From Chrysomallon squamiferum (Eukaryota; Animalia; Mollusca), in contig CM022677.1 of the NCBI GenBank assembly GCA_012295275.1, positions 5,580,001-5,644,000 on the forward strand: DNA of 64,000 nucleotides, in the 5' to 3' direction. This document shows positions 27,846 through 41,040 of this stretch, piece after piece (within the stretch, counting starts at the first letter, position 1; each line of letters opens with the position of its first letter). Below the pieces are notes generated by a model. It was not told the DNA's origin. It made no database searches and saw only the letters and a program-made list of their open reading frames with translations. Position numbers and translations under genes: made by a program.

Positions 27846-28096
27846 GGTGATATTGACATCGGTAGTGAGTTCGAGACCCACTTTTGAAAATATTGTTATA
27901 CTTTATTACTAGGAAAGGCTGGTAATAGTAAACCTGGAATGTATAAATTACACTGGGTCCATTGTTGTGCATCAGCTACATTTTTATTAAGTTCCCCTTT
28001 TATAAGTAAAAATCTTTTTCTTTGAGCTGAATTCTCACATTGCTTATTTACAGAATTTTCATCATTTATCCAAAATAGTGACTAATGAACTTAAAA

Positions 28097-28182
<86 letters not shown>

Positions 28183-28413
28183 CAACAACAACAACAGTAA
28201 TAATAATAGGCAGTGGACGGATGAAGCCCGACGTCTTTTTTCCTTTTCTCTCGTCCGCCCAGTGGAGTGCAGTCGACCCGACCCGACCTGACCCGACCCG
28301 ACCCTACCCGAGTGTAGCCGAACGGAGCTGAGCTGAGATCGGTTCCGATGGCAACGGTGAGACGAACGTTAGAAAACTGGGTCTCGGTACTCGCTACCGA
28401 TGTCAATTTCGCC
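27846..28413. mobile_element. Element bounded by ~45-bp imperfect inverted repeats and TTAA on both sides (Kolobok-like non-autonomous element, or local inversion)
   Basis: TTAA|GGTGATATTGACATCGGTAGTGAGTTCGAGACCCACTTTT ... AAAACTGGGTCTCGGTACTCGCTACCGATGTCAATTTCGCC|TTAA; contains (AAT)n and (GACCC)n. Confidence 0.5.
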
Positions 28414-28624
28414 TTAAAGAAGAACAACAACAACAAGATCGAATACTGCCAGCGCTTTACTTTTTTTTTTTTCATTTCTTTATTTTTCTTTTATTTTATT
28501 AATTTTGTTTTTGGATTTTTGATTTTTTTTCAATTTTTTTTTTTTTTCTTCTTCTTGTTTGTGTGAGGTGCACTCTTTAAGGTGAAATTGTCAGCGAGCC
28601 AATACTGCCGGCGTTTATTGGCTC

Positions 28625-29474
28625 GATTTTTTTTCAAACGCATTTTCAAAAGGTGCAGCACCTTTGGTAAATGTTGGAAACGTTTTTGCCACACTCGCCC
28701 CGACGGCGCGCACGTTTTGCACACGTCGAAATATTTTTCCCGACCAAACGGAACAGTGCCACACGGATTTTCAACTTTTGAAAATCGAATTTTTTCAAGT
28801 TTCGTTGAAAATGCTAGGGGTACCTTTTTCAAAGTGCAATAACTTTTTCTGAGCACGTGGGAAAAATCGGGCGCACATACCCAAAAGTGGGGCAAGGGTT
28901 GCCCGACACGGGTCAAAAGTGCCGCACGCCCCACCCAAGGGGAACAACTCGTTTCCGACACGTGCACAAAAAACGCACATGTTTTTGAAAATTTGCTCGA
29001 TTTTTTTTCAAACGCATTTTCAAAAGGTGCAGCACCTTTGGTAAATGTTGGAAACGTTTTTGCCACACTCGCCCCGACGGCGCGCACGTTTTGCACACGT
29101 CGAAATATTTTTCCCGACCAAACGGAACAGTGCCACACGGATTTTCAACTTTTGAAAATCGAATTTTTTCAAGTTTCGTTGAAAATGCTAGGGGTACCTT
29201 TCTCAAAGTGCAATAACTTTTTCCGAGCACGTGGGAAAAATCGGGCGCACATACCCAAAAGTGGGGCAAGGGTTGCCCGACACGGGTCAAAAGTGCCGCA
29301 CGCCCCACCCAAGGGGAACAACTCGTTTCCGACACGTGCACAAAAAACGCACATGTTTTTGAAAATTTGCTCGATTTTTTTTCAAACGCATTTTCAAAAG
29401 GTGCAGCACCTTTGGTAAATGTTGGAAACGATTTTGCCACACTCGCCCCGACGGCGCGCACGTTTTGCACACGT
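28625..29474. repeat. CpG-rich 374-bp tandem repeat, ~2.3 near-identical copies
   Basis: AAGGTGCAGCACC recurs at ~28650, ~29024 and ~29398 (period 374). Confidence 0.97.
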
Positions 29475-29857
29475 GTGTATACTTATGTAAATACTTTTTT
29501 TATTTAAAATGGATGATTTCAGGTTTTAAAAGATCCTTGTATAATGGTCAGATACTAACAAAGATAGTTAATATTAAAGGAATATTTAAGTGAGTGCATC
29601 TCAGTTAAATTTTAGAAATCTTACATCAGACAGTTTATATTGCAAGGTTTATTATTATTTTTACTAATTTCACTTCAGCTTCTCACAGTGACAATGGGAG
29701 GTCAGATGTCACAAAACACCAAGTAACCATTAGCAACGCAACAAAACAGCTTTCACAAAACTGAGTCAAGAGTCACCAGTACTCCAGAACTAAACAAACC
29801 AAACTCTACACTGTAAGTATTCACTTAATTCACTTTGTTAAATTTGTAGCGATGATA

Positions 29858-29915
29858 GACTGGCTCAGTGGTTAGAGTTTGTTGGGTTCTAGGGTCAGTC
29901 CTACGTGGAGGACTA
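29858..29915 (+). mobile_element. tRNA-derived SINE head remnant (copy at ~35455-35525)
   Basis: Pol III A-box-like TGGCTCAGTGGTTAGAG; B box degenerate. Confidence 0.35.
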
Positions 29916-30714
29916 ATAAAGTTATTTACTAATCTAGCTGCTGATACATACCTGATATTGCTAAGATCAAGGTATGTCTTTTGTTATCTGTGGAAAGATG
30001 TATATTATAAACAGATTTTTAGTTTCTTGTTTAAAAAGGGTATCAGTTCTTTTTCATTAGCTGTTTTGTTGTTTACCTTTTCAGATACAAAGAACTAGTA
30101 AAAACAAGCTGTGTATGTTCTTAAATAAAATATTTCTTCTTTATTTCATATTTGTTATAATTTAGCAACATTTATATTTATCAATAATCAGGTTATAATA
30201 CTATATTTTTCAAAGATACTGATTTTTTTTTTTTTTATTCAGAATTTACATTTATATTTTGATAAACCACTTTAGACTATTTTTTAAAATATTTATTTTT
30301 AATTATTCATTAATTCAGTGTGTATGTTTATTAGTTTCTGTGTATGCATGTATGCAGAATTGAAATCTAAGAGCTGAAATATATTTTTGTCTACAAACAT
30401 TCATTTGTATCAGTAAATGGTATTGATATGCATACATAACAGTAAATAATGTTTAAATAAAAACAATAAACAAATAAATTGTTTGTTTTTACTTTTTCAG
30501 ACACACAGCACAAAACAGACAAGTGTTGTTATCTAAACTTCGGAATGGGACACACACAGACAGCAGAACAGACAGAGAAGTTTCTGAAAAAACTGGTATG
30601 AAAAACACATTAATTCAGTTAACTATCAATTTACATTCTTCTCAGTTTTTGTGTTGCGTGTATTCTCAGTACAGAGTAAGAAAAGCAGATTAGTACAAGG
30701 AAAGTCTGCAGTAA

Positions 30715-31282
30715 TAAGTAAAGTAAATGTAGGATACAAATATACTGATAACTTAGAATACAATAATAAGTCAAGTAATTGTAGTATACAAATATACTGA
30801 TAACTTAGAATACAATAATAAGTCAAGTAATTGTAGTGTACAAATATACTGATAACTTAGAATACAATAATAAGTAAAGTAATTGTAGTGTACAAATATA
30901 CTGATAACTTAGAATACAATAATAAGTAAAGTAATTGTAGTGTACAAATATACTGATAACTTAGAATACAATACTAAGTAAAGTAATTGTAGTGTACAAA
31001 TATACTGATAACTTAGAATACAATACTAAGTAAAGTAATTGTAGTGTACAAATATACTGATAACTTAGAATACAGTACTAAGTAAAGTATTTGTAGTGTA
31101 CAAATATACTGATAACTTAGAATACAATAATAAGTAAAGTAATTGTAGTGTACAAATATACTGATAACTTAGAATACAATAATAAGTAAAGTAATTGTAG
31201 TATACAAATATACTGATAACTTAGAATACAATAACAAGTAAAGTAATTGTAGTATACAAAGATACTGATAACTTAGAATACT
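30715..31282. repeat. 52-bp minisatellite, about 11 copies (about 2 copies in the duplicate at 36300-36392)
   Basis: GTAATTGTAGTGTACAAATATACTGATAACTTAGAATACAATAATAAGTAAA. Confidence 0.96.
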
Positions 31283-31479
31283 TCATTATTTCCATTCTTC
31301 CATTAGCATTGTTTCAGTCTTGTGTCTGTGTCTACAATCATTAAATTTTCTTTATCTTATGATTTTTTCTTCTTATTATTATTTGTTTATTTATTTGTTA
31401 TTCCTTAACTTCTACATTTGTTTTCTATCATAACATTATTAATCCATACAAAAAGCTGTTAAACGATACAACAGACTGA

Positions 31480-31522
<43 letters not shown>

Positions 31523-32720
31523 ATTTTTACTCTAATTTACTCAGTCTTTTAGGTTTACTTTTACAGTAGGTCCATTATAGCATCACATATATTCATTAAG
31601 CTCAACTTTTATAAGTAAAATTAGACAATTTTATCATCCATTAGTTTAAAGCATGTTTATCATTTCTTCATTTAGTCATCCACATCTGTTTTCATCATCT
31701 ATATTAGACTTTTTTAACTTAAACAAATTCTTGTTTTTTGTTTCTTTTGTTTTAGCATTTTATCTTTATTATTATTATTATTTTTATTATTAGTAGTAGT
31801 ATCATCATCATCATTATCATCAATTATCATCATTATTATTATTAATGTTTACACTTATTTTCTATCATAATATCATTAATCCACACAAAACTCTAATAAG
31901 ACTGAGTATGCCTGCATTTTACACTAATTTACTCAGTCTGTGACGTTTACTTTTACTTTTCTCATATTTTCTGATCATACAGATAAATTAAAATAAAAAA
32001 TGAAACAAAATGTCTTCATTTTAATCCTCTTCATCATCATCCTTATTATTATCACATTATTACAGGACTGTAATATCGTAAATTATCTTTCTGGTTAAAT
32101 TGTATTTTTAATCTTTATTTGCAGGTTGTGTTTTGGTTAAATTAGCTTGCTCACCTGGTTATTAATTTTCATGTTTTAAAATCTCTGCTAATTATTATTG
32201 TCTAAGCTAAATGAAGCCATTGCTTAATTAAATGTAGCAGAAATATTGAAATCTGTTTTTCTTAGATCTTTAAGCTTTAGCAGGAATTATTCTTTCATTA
32301 TATTTGATTTTCTTATTACTGTTTGTTTTTAAAAGATACATAGTTTTTATAAGTGATTTGTTTTCTGTTTATTTTTATTTTATTCAAATTGCAACGTAAA
32401 GTTTTAAGTTTTTATAAGAGAATTGTCTTTCTGATCTGATCTAATTGATAGATAATTGTTATTTATTGTTAGAAAGTTGTAGAAATATCTGAGAGGGGAA
32501 GTTGCAGAGTTAAATCTATCAAGTATGTGTGAGTGTCTATGACTGTATTAGTTTTATGTTGTTGTTATTACTGAAAAACAATCAGCATTAGTTACTTCAG
32601 AATTTTATATGTAATGTAATTATATTTGTTTTACTTTTTATACATTATTGCCATTTAATACAATATTATTTATCTGTTTATTGATTTATGGTGTATTTAA
32701 AGATATTTTCATTTATCAGT

Positions 32721-32751
<31 letters not shown>

Positions 32752-33942
32752 TTTGCTTGTTTGTTTGTTTATCTAGGAGCTGGCTGAGTCTGATGTTAAA
32801 CACTTTGTAATTCTGTTCTGTGCTGGAGGATGTCAGTACAAGACTTTGTGTTCTTTCACAGCAGAAACTAATGAATTATAAAAATTTGTTTTGTAGGACC
32901 TGAAGAAATACCCAGTAAAATGATTCATAGGTTTTATAAGTAAGTACATATTTATATTTTATAAATAGTTTTGGTTATTTTTACACATTTTTATATCAAT
33001 GAAATGATTTATGGGTTTTATAAGCAAGTACATATTTAATATTTTATATTTCATACTAAATATTACCACGAATACAGAGTCTTGATAAGAAAGTGTATTT
33101 TTATGTTATTTTAAATCTGTCTTCATCTTTATAAATTTGTACATTCCTCAACATGCAGCTCATTAATATAATGTAAAATAAATGTTTTTGCAAATAATGT
33201 TTTTTACTAGTTAGTTATTTATTATTATGTTTTTTAATATAAAATGAAAACATTTTTGGTCAATATCAATACTGACCAAGTGAAATGTAGGTGTTTAAGA
33301 CAAGATTTAAATATTTGTGCATGTCAGTGAAAAAAAGGGTATAGCCTATAACAAGATGTTAATCAATAAACTTCAGTGGATAACAGTGACAATATAAAAT
33401 GTATCATTATATAATTTCTTATACTTTAAATTCAATTTCTTTTCTTATTATTTTTTTGTTTCTTATTTTGTTTTTGTAATTTATAAATTAACTCTTAAGA
33501 TTAAAATATTTAAAAAAGAATTTAAGAATGTTTCTGTGATAAGGAATTATTTAATACTAATGAGTTATTGTTTTATTTATTAATTGTCATGTAATATATT
33601 AATTAATATTATTTTGTTTTTCTCACAGATATAATTATGTGGCTAAAAGTTTCACTGATATCAACCAAACATTTATCTGTGTCCATTGATGCTGTTGTTA
33701 TTCATAATTCTCTCTGGAAGACTGGGAAACCACAGCAACGTCAAAGAAAGTGTATTAGGAAGATGTAGATCTCACAACACACATCACCATCATCCTGACA
33801 TCATCAGCAGCTGCAGCAGCAGTTGACTCTTTACATCGTTGTCTTTGTTACAAATCTAAATGACAAATGTTTCACAATACATTCTTTCAATTCAGGTTTA
33901 ATCTGCATTTTTGTACAAGATATAATACGTAACTGAACGAAG

Positions 33943-34142
33943 NNNNNNNNNNNNNNNNNNNNNNNNNNNNNNNNNNNNNNNNNNNNNNNNNNNNNNNNNN
34001 NNNNNNNNNNNNNNNNNNNNNNNNNNNNNNNNNNNNNNNNNNNNNNNNNNNNNNNNNNNNNNNNNNNNNNNNNNNNNNNNNNNNNNNNNNNNNNNNNNNN
34101 NNNNNNNNNNNNNNNNNNNNNNNNNNNNNNNNNNNNNNNNNN
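33943..34142. other. Assembly gap (200 N)
   Basis: Run of N. Confidence 0.99.
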
Positions 34143-34865
34143 GCCTTTCTCACAGAGCTGATCTTCTTCTGTAAAGCTGATCTTCTGTAAAGAGATAGTG
34201 TACAAAGAAAACCTGTCAGCCTTTCTCACAGAGCTGATCTTCTGTAAACACGAGATAGCGTACAAGAAAACCTGTCAGCCTTTCTCACAGAGCTGATCTT
34301 CTGTAAACACGAGATAGCGTACAAGAAAACCTGTCAGCCTTTCTCACAGAGCTGATCTTCTGTAAACATGAGATAGCGTACAAGAAAACCTGTCAGCCTT
34401 TCTCACAGAGCTGATCTTCTGTAAACACGAGATAGCGTACAAGAAAACCTGTCAGCCTTTCTCACAGAGCTGATCTTCTGTAAACACGAGATGTAAAAAC
34501 CTGTCAGCCTTTCTCACAGAGCTGATCTTCTGCCTAAGAAAACCTGTCTTTCTCACAGAGCTGATCTTCTGTAAAACACGAGATAGCTTACAAGAAAACC
34601 TGTCAGCCTTTCTCACAGAGCTGATCTTCTGTAAACACGAGATAGCTTACAAGAAAACCTGTCAGCATTTCTCACAGAGCTGATCTTCTGTAAACATGAG
34701 ATAGCTTACAAGAAAACCTGTCAGCATTTCTCACAGAGCTGATCTTCTGTAAACACGAGATAGCTTACAAGAAAACCTGTCAGCATTTCTCACAGAGCTG
34801 ATCTTCTGTAAACACGAGTTAGCGTACAAGAAAACCTGTCAGCCTTTCTCACAGAGCTGATCTTC
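34143..34865. repeat. 59-bp tandem array, about 12 copies visible after the gap
   Basis: GCCTTTCTCACAGAGCTGATCTTCTGTAAACACGAGATAGCGTACAAGAAAACCTGTCA; the last unit runs into a segment ending GCAGAAA|GTAAGT (~34926). Confidence 0.97.
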
Positions 34866-35074
34866 TCGATTCAAATGATCAAACTGACAGAGACAGGACA
34901 GCTTCTGAATGGGCAGGAAGCAGAAAGTAAGTTTTGTCAGAGTTTTTAATTATGATTCAGAATTTGTGTTAAACAAAATTGACTTTCCAAGTAACTGTAT
35001 TATATCTTTTATTATTTCAGTTTATGAAACAATTTATTGTACTGGAAAATTAGGATTTGTAAAATTCAGTTTTA

Positions 35075-36569
35075 GTGTGTATACTTATGTAAATACTTTT
35101 TTTTATTTAAAATGGATGATTTCAGGTTTTAAAAGATCCTTGTATAATAGTCAGATACTAACAAAGAAAGTTAATATTAAAGGAATATTTAAGTGAGTGC
35201 ATCTCAGTTAAATTTTACAAATCTTACATAAGACGGTTTATATAGCAAGGTTTTTTTATTGTTTTTACTAATTTCAATTCAGCTTCTCACAGTGGCAATG
35301 GGAGGTCAGATGTCACAAAACACCAAGTAACCATTAGCAACACAACAAAACAGCTTTCACAAAACTGAGTCAAGAGTCACCAGTACTAAACAAATCAAAC
35401 TCTACTCTGTAAGTATTCACTTTATTCATTTTGTTAAATTTGTAGTGATGGATAGACTGGCTCAGTGGTTAGAGTGCATGGTTAAACTGTGTTGGGTTTG
35501 TAGAGTCAGTCCTGTATGGAGGACTAATAAAGTTATTTACCAATCTAGCCACTGATCTGTGACTGATATTAGTAACATCATGTTATATGTTTTGTTATCT
35601 GTGGAAAGATGTATATTAAAAACAGATTTTTAGTTTCTTGTTTAAAAAGGGTGTCAGTTCTTTTTCATTAGCTGTTTTGTTGTTTATCTTTTAAAATGCA
35701 AAGAACTAAAAGCTGTGTATGTTCTTAAATAAAATATTTCTTCTTTATTTCATATTTGGTATATTTTAGCAACATTTATATTTATCAATAATCAGGTTAT
35801 AATATTATATTTTTCAAAGATACTGATTTGTTTTTTGATTCAGAATTTACATTTATATTTTGGTAAACCACTTTAGACTATTTTTTTAAATATTTATTTT
35901 TAATTATTCATTAATTCAGTGAGTATGTTTATCAGTTTCTCTGTATGCATGTATGCAGAATTGAAATCTATAGCTGAAATATATTTTTATCTACAAACAT
36001 TCATTTGATATACAGATATAATAGTAAACAATGTTACTCATAAAAACAATAACAAAAAACATTGTTTTTCCTTTTTCAGACACACAGCACAAAACAGACA
36101 AGTGTTGTTATCTAAACTTCAGAATGCGACACACAGACAGCAGAACAGACAGAGAAGTTTCAAAAAAAACTGGTATGAAAAACACACATTAATTCAGTTG
36201 TTTAACTATCAATTTACTTTATTCTCAGTTTTTCTGTTTTTGTATTCTCAATACAGAGTAAGAAAAGCAGATTAGTACAAGGAAAGTCTACAAAAATAAG
36301 TTAAGTAATTGTAGTGTACAAATATACTGATGACTTAGAATACAATAAGTAAAGTTATTGTAGTATACAAATATACTGATAACTTAGAATACTTCATTAT
36401 TTCCATACTTCCATTAGCATTGTTTCAGTCTTGTTTCTGTGTCCACAATCATTAAATTTTCTTTATCTTATGATTTATTTTTCTTATTATTATTTGTTTA
36501 TTCATTTGTTATTCCTTTACTTCTACATTTGTTTTCTATCATAACATTATTAATCCATACAACAGATTG

Positions 36570-36608
<39 letters not shown>

Positions 36609-39112
36609 ACTAATTTACTCAGTCTTTGAGGTTTACTTTTACATTTCTTATATTTTTGGATTATATAGATAAATTAAATAAAAAATAAAATATTGGGTAA
36701 GTCATCCTTTACATACAAGCTTGTTAAAATATTGTTATATTTTATTATTAGGAAAAGCTGGTACCGCTAAAACTGGAATATACAAAATACAGTAGGTCCA
36801 TTATAATCATAAAGTTCAACTTTTATAAGTAAAATTAGACAATTTTTTCATCCATTAGTTTAAAGCATGTTTATCATTTCTTCATTTAGTCATCCACATC
36901 TGTTTTCATCAGCCTGTCATCTATATTCAACTTTAGTTTTTTTAACATAAACAAATTCTTGTTGTTTTTTTTTATTTTTGTTTTAGCATTTTATATTTTT
37001 ATTATTATTATTTTTAGTAGTAGTAGTAGTATTATCATCATCATCATTATCATCAATCATTATCATTATCATTATTATTATTAATGTTTACACTTATTTT
37101 CTATCATAATATCATTAATCCACACAAAATCTCTAATAAGACTGAGTATGCCAGCATTTTACACTAATTTACTCAGTCTGTGACGTTTACTTTACATTTC
37201 TCATATTTTCTGATCATACAGATAAATTAAAATAAAAAATGAAACAAAATGACTTCATTTTAATCCTCTTCATCATCATCCTTATTATTATCACATTATT
37301 ACAGGACTGTAATATCGTAAATTATCTTTCTGGTTAAATTGTATTTTTAATCTTTATTTGCAGGTTGTGTTTTGGTTAAATTAGCTTGCTCACCTGGTTA
37401 TTAATTTTCATGTTTTAAAATCTCTGCTAATTATTATTGTCTAAACTAAATTAAGCCATTGCTTAATTAAATGGAGCAGAAATATTGAAATCTGTTTTTC
37501 TTAGATCTTTAAGCTTTAGCAGGAATTATTCTTTCATTATATTTGATTTTCTTATTACTGTTTGTTTTTAAAAGACATACATAGTTTTTATAAGTGATTT
37601 GTTTTTTGTTTATTTTTATTTTATTCAAATTGCAATCAATTTTTAAGTTTTTGTAAGAGAATTGTCTTTCTGATCTGATCTAATTGATAGATAATTGTTA
37701 TTTATTGTTAGAAAGTTGTAGAAATATCTGAGAGGGGAAGTTGCAGAGTTAAATCTATCAAGTATGTGTGAGTGTATGACTGTATTAGTTTTATGTTGTT
37801 GTTATTACTGAAAAACAAAATCAGCATTAGTTACTTCAGAATTTTATATGTAATGTAATTATATTTGTTTTACTTTTTATACATTATTGCCATGTTAATA
37901 CAATTTATTTATCTGTTTATTGATTTATGGTGTATTTAAAGATATTTTTATTGATCAACTTATTTATTTATTTATTTATTTGCTTGTTTGTTTGTTTATC
38001 TAGGAACTAGCTGAGTCTGATGTTAAACACTTTGTAATTCTGTTCTGTCTTCTTTCACACCAGAAACTAATGAATTATCTAAATTTGTTGTGTAGGACCT
38101 GAAGAAATACCCAGTAAAATGATTCATAGGTTTTATAAGTAAGTACATATTTAATATTTTATAAATAGTTTTGGTTATTTTTACACATTTTTATATCATT
38201 GAAATGATTTATGGGTTTTATAAGCAAGTACATATTTAATATTTTTTATTTCATACTAAATATTACCACGAATACAGAGTCTTGATAAGAAAGTGTATTT
38301 TTATGTTATTTTAAATCTGTCTTCATCTTTATAAATTTGTACATTCATCAACATGCAACTCATTAATATAATGTAAAATAAATGTTTTTGCAAATGATGT
38401 TTTTACTAGTTAGTTATTTATTATTATGTTTTTTAATATAAAATGAAAACATTTTTGGTCAATATCAATACTGACCAAGTGAAATGTAGGTGTTTTTGAC
38501 AAGATTTAAATATTTGTGCATGTCAGTGAAAAAAAGGGTATAGCCTATAACAAGACGTTAATCAATAAACTTCAGTGGATAACAGTGACAATATAAAATG
38601 TATCACTATATAATTTCTTATACTTTAAATTCAATTTCTTTTCTTATTATTATTTTTTTTTCTTATTTTGTTTTTGTAATTTATAAATTAACTCTTAAGA
38701 TTAAAATATTTCAAAAAGAATTTAAGAATGTTTCTGTGATAAGGAATTATTTAATACTAATGAGTTATTGTTTTATTTATTAATTGTCATGTAATATATT
38801 AATTAATATTATTTTGTTTTTCTCACAGATATAATTATGTGGCTAAAAGTTTCACTGACATCAACCAAACATTTATCTGTGTCCATTGATGCTGTTGTTA
38901 TTAATAATTCTCTCTGGAAGACTGGGAAACCACAGCAACATCAAAGAAAGTGTATTAGGAAGATGTAGATATCAAAACACACATCACCATCATCCTGACA
39001 TCATCAGCAGCTGCAGCAGCAGTTGACTCTTTACATCGTTGTCTTGGTTACAATTCTAAATGACAAATGTTTCACAATACCTTGTTTCAATTCAGGTTTA
39101 ATCTGCATTTTT
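35075..39112 (+). repeat. Segmental duplication II, copy 2
   Basis: See 29473-33912. Confidence 0.95.
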
Positions 39113-40106
39113 AAAGATACTTTAAATTCAAGTATGCTGATTTTAAATATGGTAATGAAATATGCTAATTTAAATATGCTGACTAGAACATGATAGTTTA
39201 TATGAGATGATTTCAACTTTATAATAGAAATATGCCAGTGGGAAAATGTTAATTTAAATATCCCAATACAAAGATGCTTTTTTTTTTCTTCTTAAAAAGC
39301 TAATTTAAAAATATGTTTATTTATTTAACTTCTTGTATATATCAAGAAATGATAAGCTTAAAATAATTAATCATTTTCAGAGCACTCAGATCTTTAATTC
39401 AGAGGATGTGAAATGAAATCTACGATGAGCCCATGATGTTTCAAATCACTGTTTGTCAGATGTAGCTGCAAGTTCTGTTATGATTATTTTCAACATGATT
39501 AATTAGGCTGTATCAAAGCTTGTCCTTTTATTTTTATTTTTTTTATGGATTCAAAACTGATTTAATCCTATAAAAATGTGTAACTCTATTTTGCTTCTTA
39601 ATTATAAATGACTTATTTATTTAAATAAAAAGTAATGTGTTTTATAACTGGAATTTTCCAGTTGTCTTTCATGATGAATTTATGTTCTATAGTGCTAAAT
39701 GTTAAAGAAGAGAAAATTTCAAAGTAAAACTTGTGTAAAAGTAAAGTGTATTGATTCAGATCTGAAGTTTCATTTCACTGTCATACTATTTGCATCCATA
39801 ATGGATGCATAATGAATATTCATAACTACAGATTATATATATAAAACACTTTATTTTTTAAAAGTATTTTAGTTACCAAGTTAGAAACTAAACCATATAG
39901 AAATCTCTAAAACATATAATTTTGAATTATTTTAGATTGATAATAATATTAAGTACATTAATCTAAAAAACAATGTTATATGTTATGTAGGTGGAGAAAT
40001 ATTAGACTAGCTGATTCAAAAAACATATATGTAGTTATAAGTACATATTAACAACAACAAAATAATGAAAATAAATAAATAAATAAAAAGACAAACAACA
40101 GCAAAT

Positions 40107-40418
40107 ATATAAATGTTTATCATTATAACTATTAAAGTTATGGTGTTGAACACACAGTTAAGTACAGAACTGTTCACTCCACAGTCTTTGTCACAAAGCT
40201 GATTTCAATGAGATATAAATGTTTATCATTATAACTATTAAAGTTATGGTGTTGAACACACAGTTAAGTACAGAACTGTTCACTCCACAGTCTTTGTCAC
40301 AAAGCTGATTTCAATGAGATATAAATGTTTATCATTATAACTATTAAAGTTATGGTGTTGAACACACAGTTAAGTACAGAACTGTACACTCCACAGTCTT
40401 TGTCACAAAGCTGATTTG
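40107..40418. repeat. 106-bp tandem repeat x3
   Basis: ATATAAATGTTTATCATTATAACTATTAAAGTTATGG... at 40107, 40213 and 40319. Confidence 0.96.
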
Positions 40419-40509
40419 AACGAGAAGGGTGGAACGTTCTTTAGCTGTTTTACTTAGATGACAATTCTTACTTATCATTCTGATAACAGTGTTTACAGGT
40501 TCATAATAG

Positions 40510-40815
40510 GAAAGGTTAGGTTTAGGGGTAATTTAAATATCAGTTTATTTTAAAAAAAAAATTAGATTTATGGTTATGATTAGCAGTTTCCTCCTTGGTT
40601 AGATTTATATTTAAATATCTACTTATACCAAAAGGCCTTTCAAATGAAACTCTTTTGATCAGTGTTAGGATACATTTTTATTGTATTTCAATAAATCCTT
40701 ATTTTTATCATATTGCAACAAACACGTTTATAGCTCGGGTTAGGATGGGGTTAGGGGTAGATCTAGGGCTATGGTCAGGCTTAGGTTTACGTTTAGATCT
40801 AGGAGTAGGTTTAGT
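40510..40815 (+). repeat. Degenerate TTAGGG-like tract, probably part of a non-autonomous DNA transposon
   Basis: GGTTAGGTTTAGGGG; GGGTTAGGATGGGGTTAGGGGTAGATCTAGGGCTATGGTCAGGCTTAGGTTTA with 6-nt periodicity. Confidence 0.5.
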
Positions 40816-41040
40816 AGCTTTATTTGAAGAGAATTAAATAAAACTTTGAAATTTGTGTATCTGTATGTGTGTGTCTATGGACATATGTAAATATGTATGT
40901 ATGTGTGCATATGTATATGTTAATTTAGTTAATTTAGTTAATTATATATTAGTACACACACACACACACACATGTATTTATACACAGACACATACATATA
41001 TACATATATGTATATAGTTTAGGATTTTGAATATTCTCTG

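Larger units (their letters stand above)
29473..33912 (+). repeat. Segmental duplication II, copy 1 (matches 35075-39112); carries decayed exons 29679-29812, 30501-30595, ~33629-33895
   Basis: Collinear from GTGTGTATACTTATGTAAATAC to ATCTGCATTTTT; exon-like segments with CAG/GT boundaries are present in both copies. Confidence 0.95.

Noticed and set aside
27063-29472. ORFs of 140-207 aa (Cys-containing) in the 374-bp repeat
   Set aside because: Period is not a multiple of 3, frames rotate between copies, ORFs occur on both strands, and no domain is recognised.
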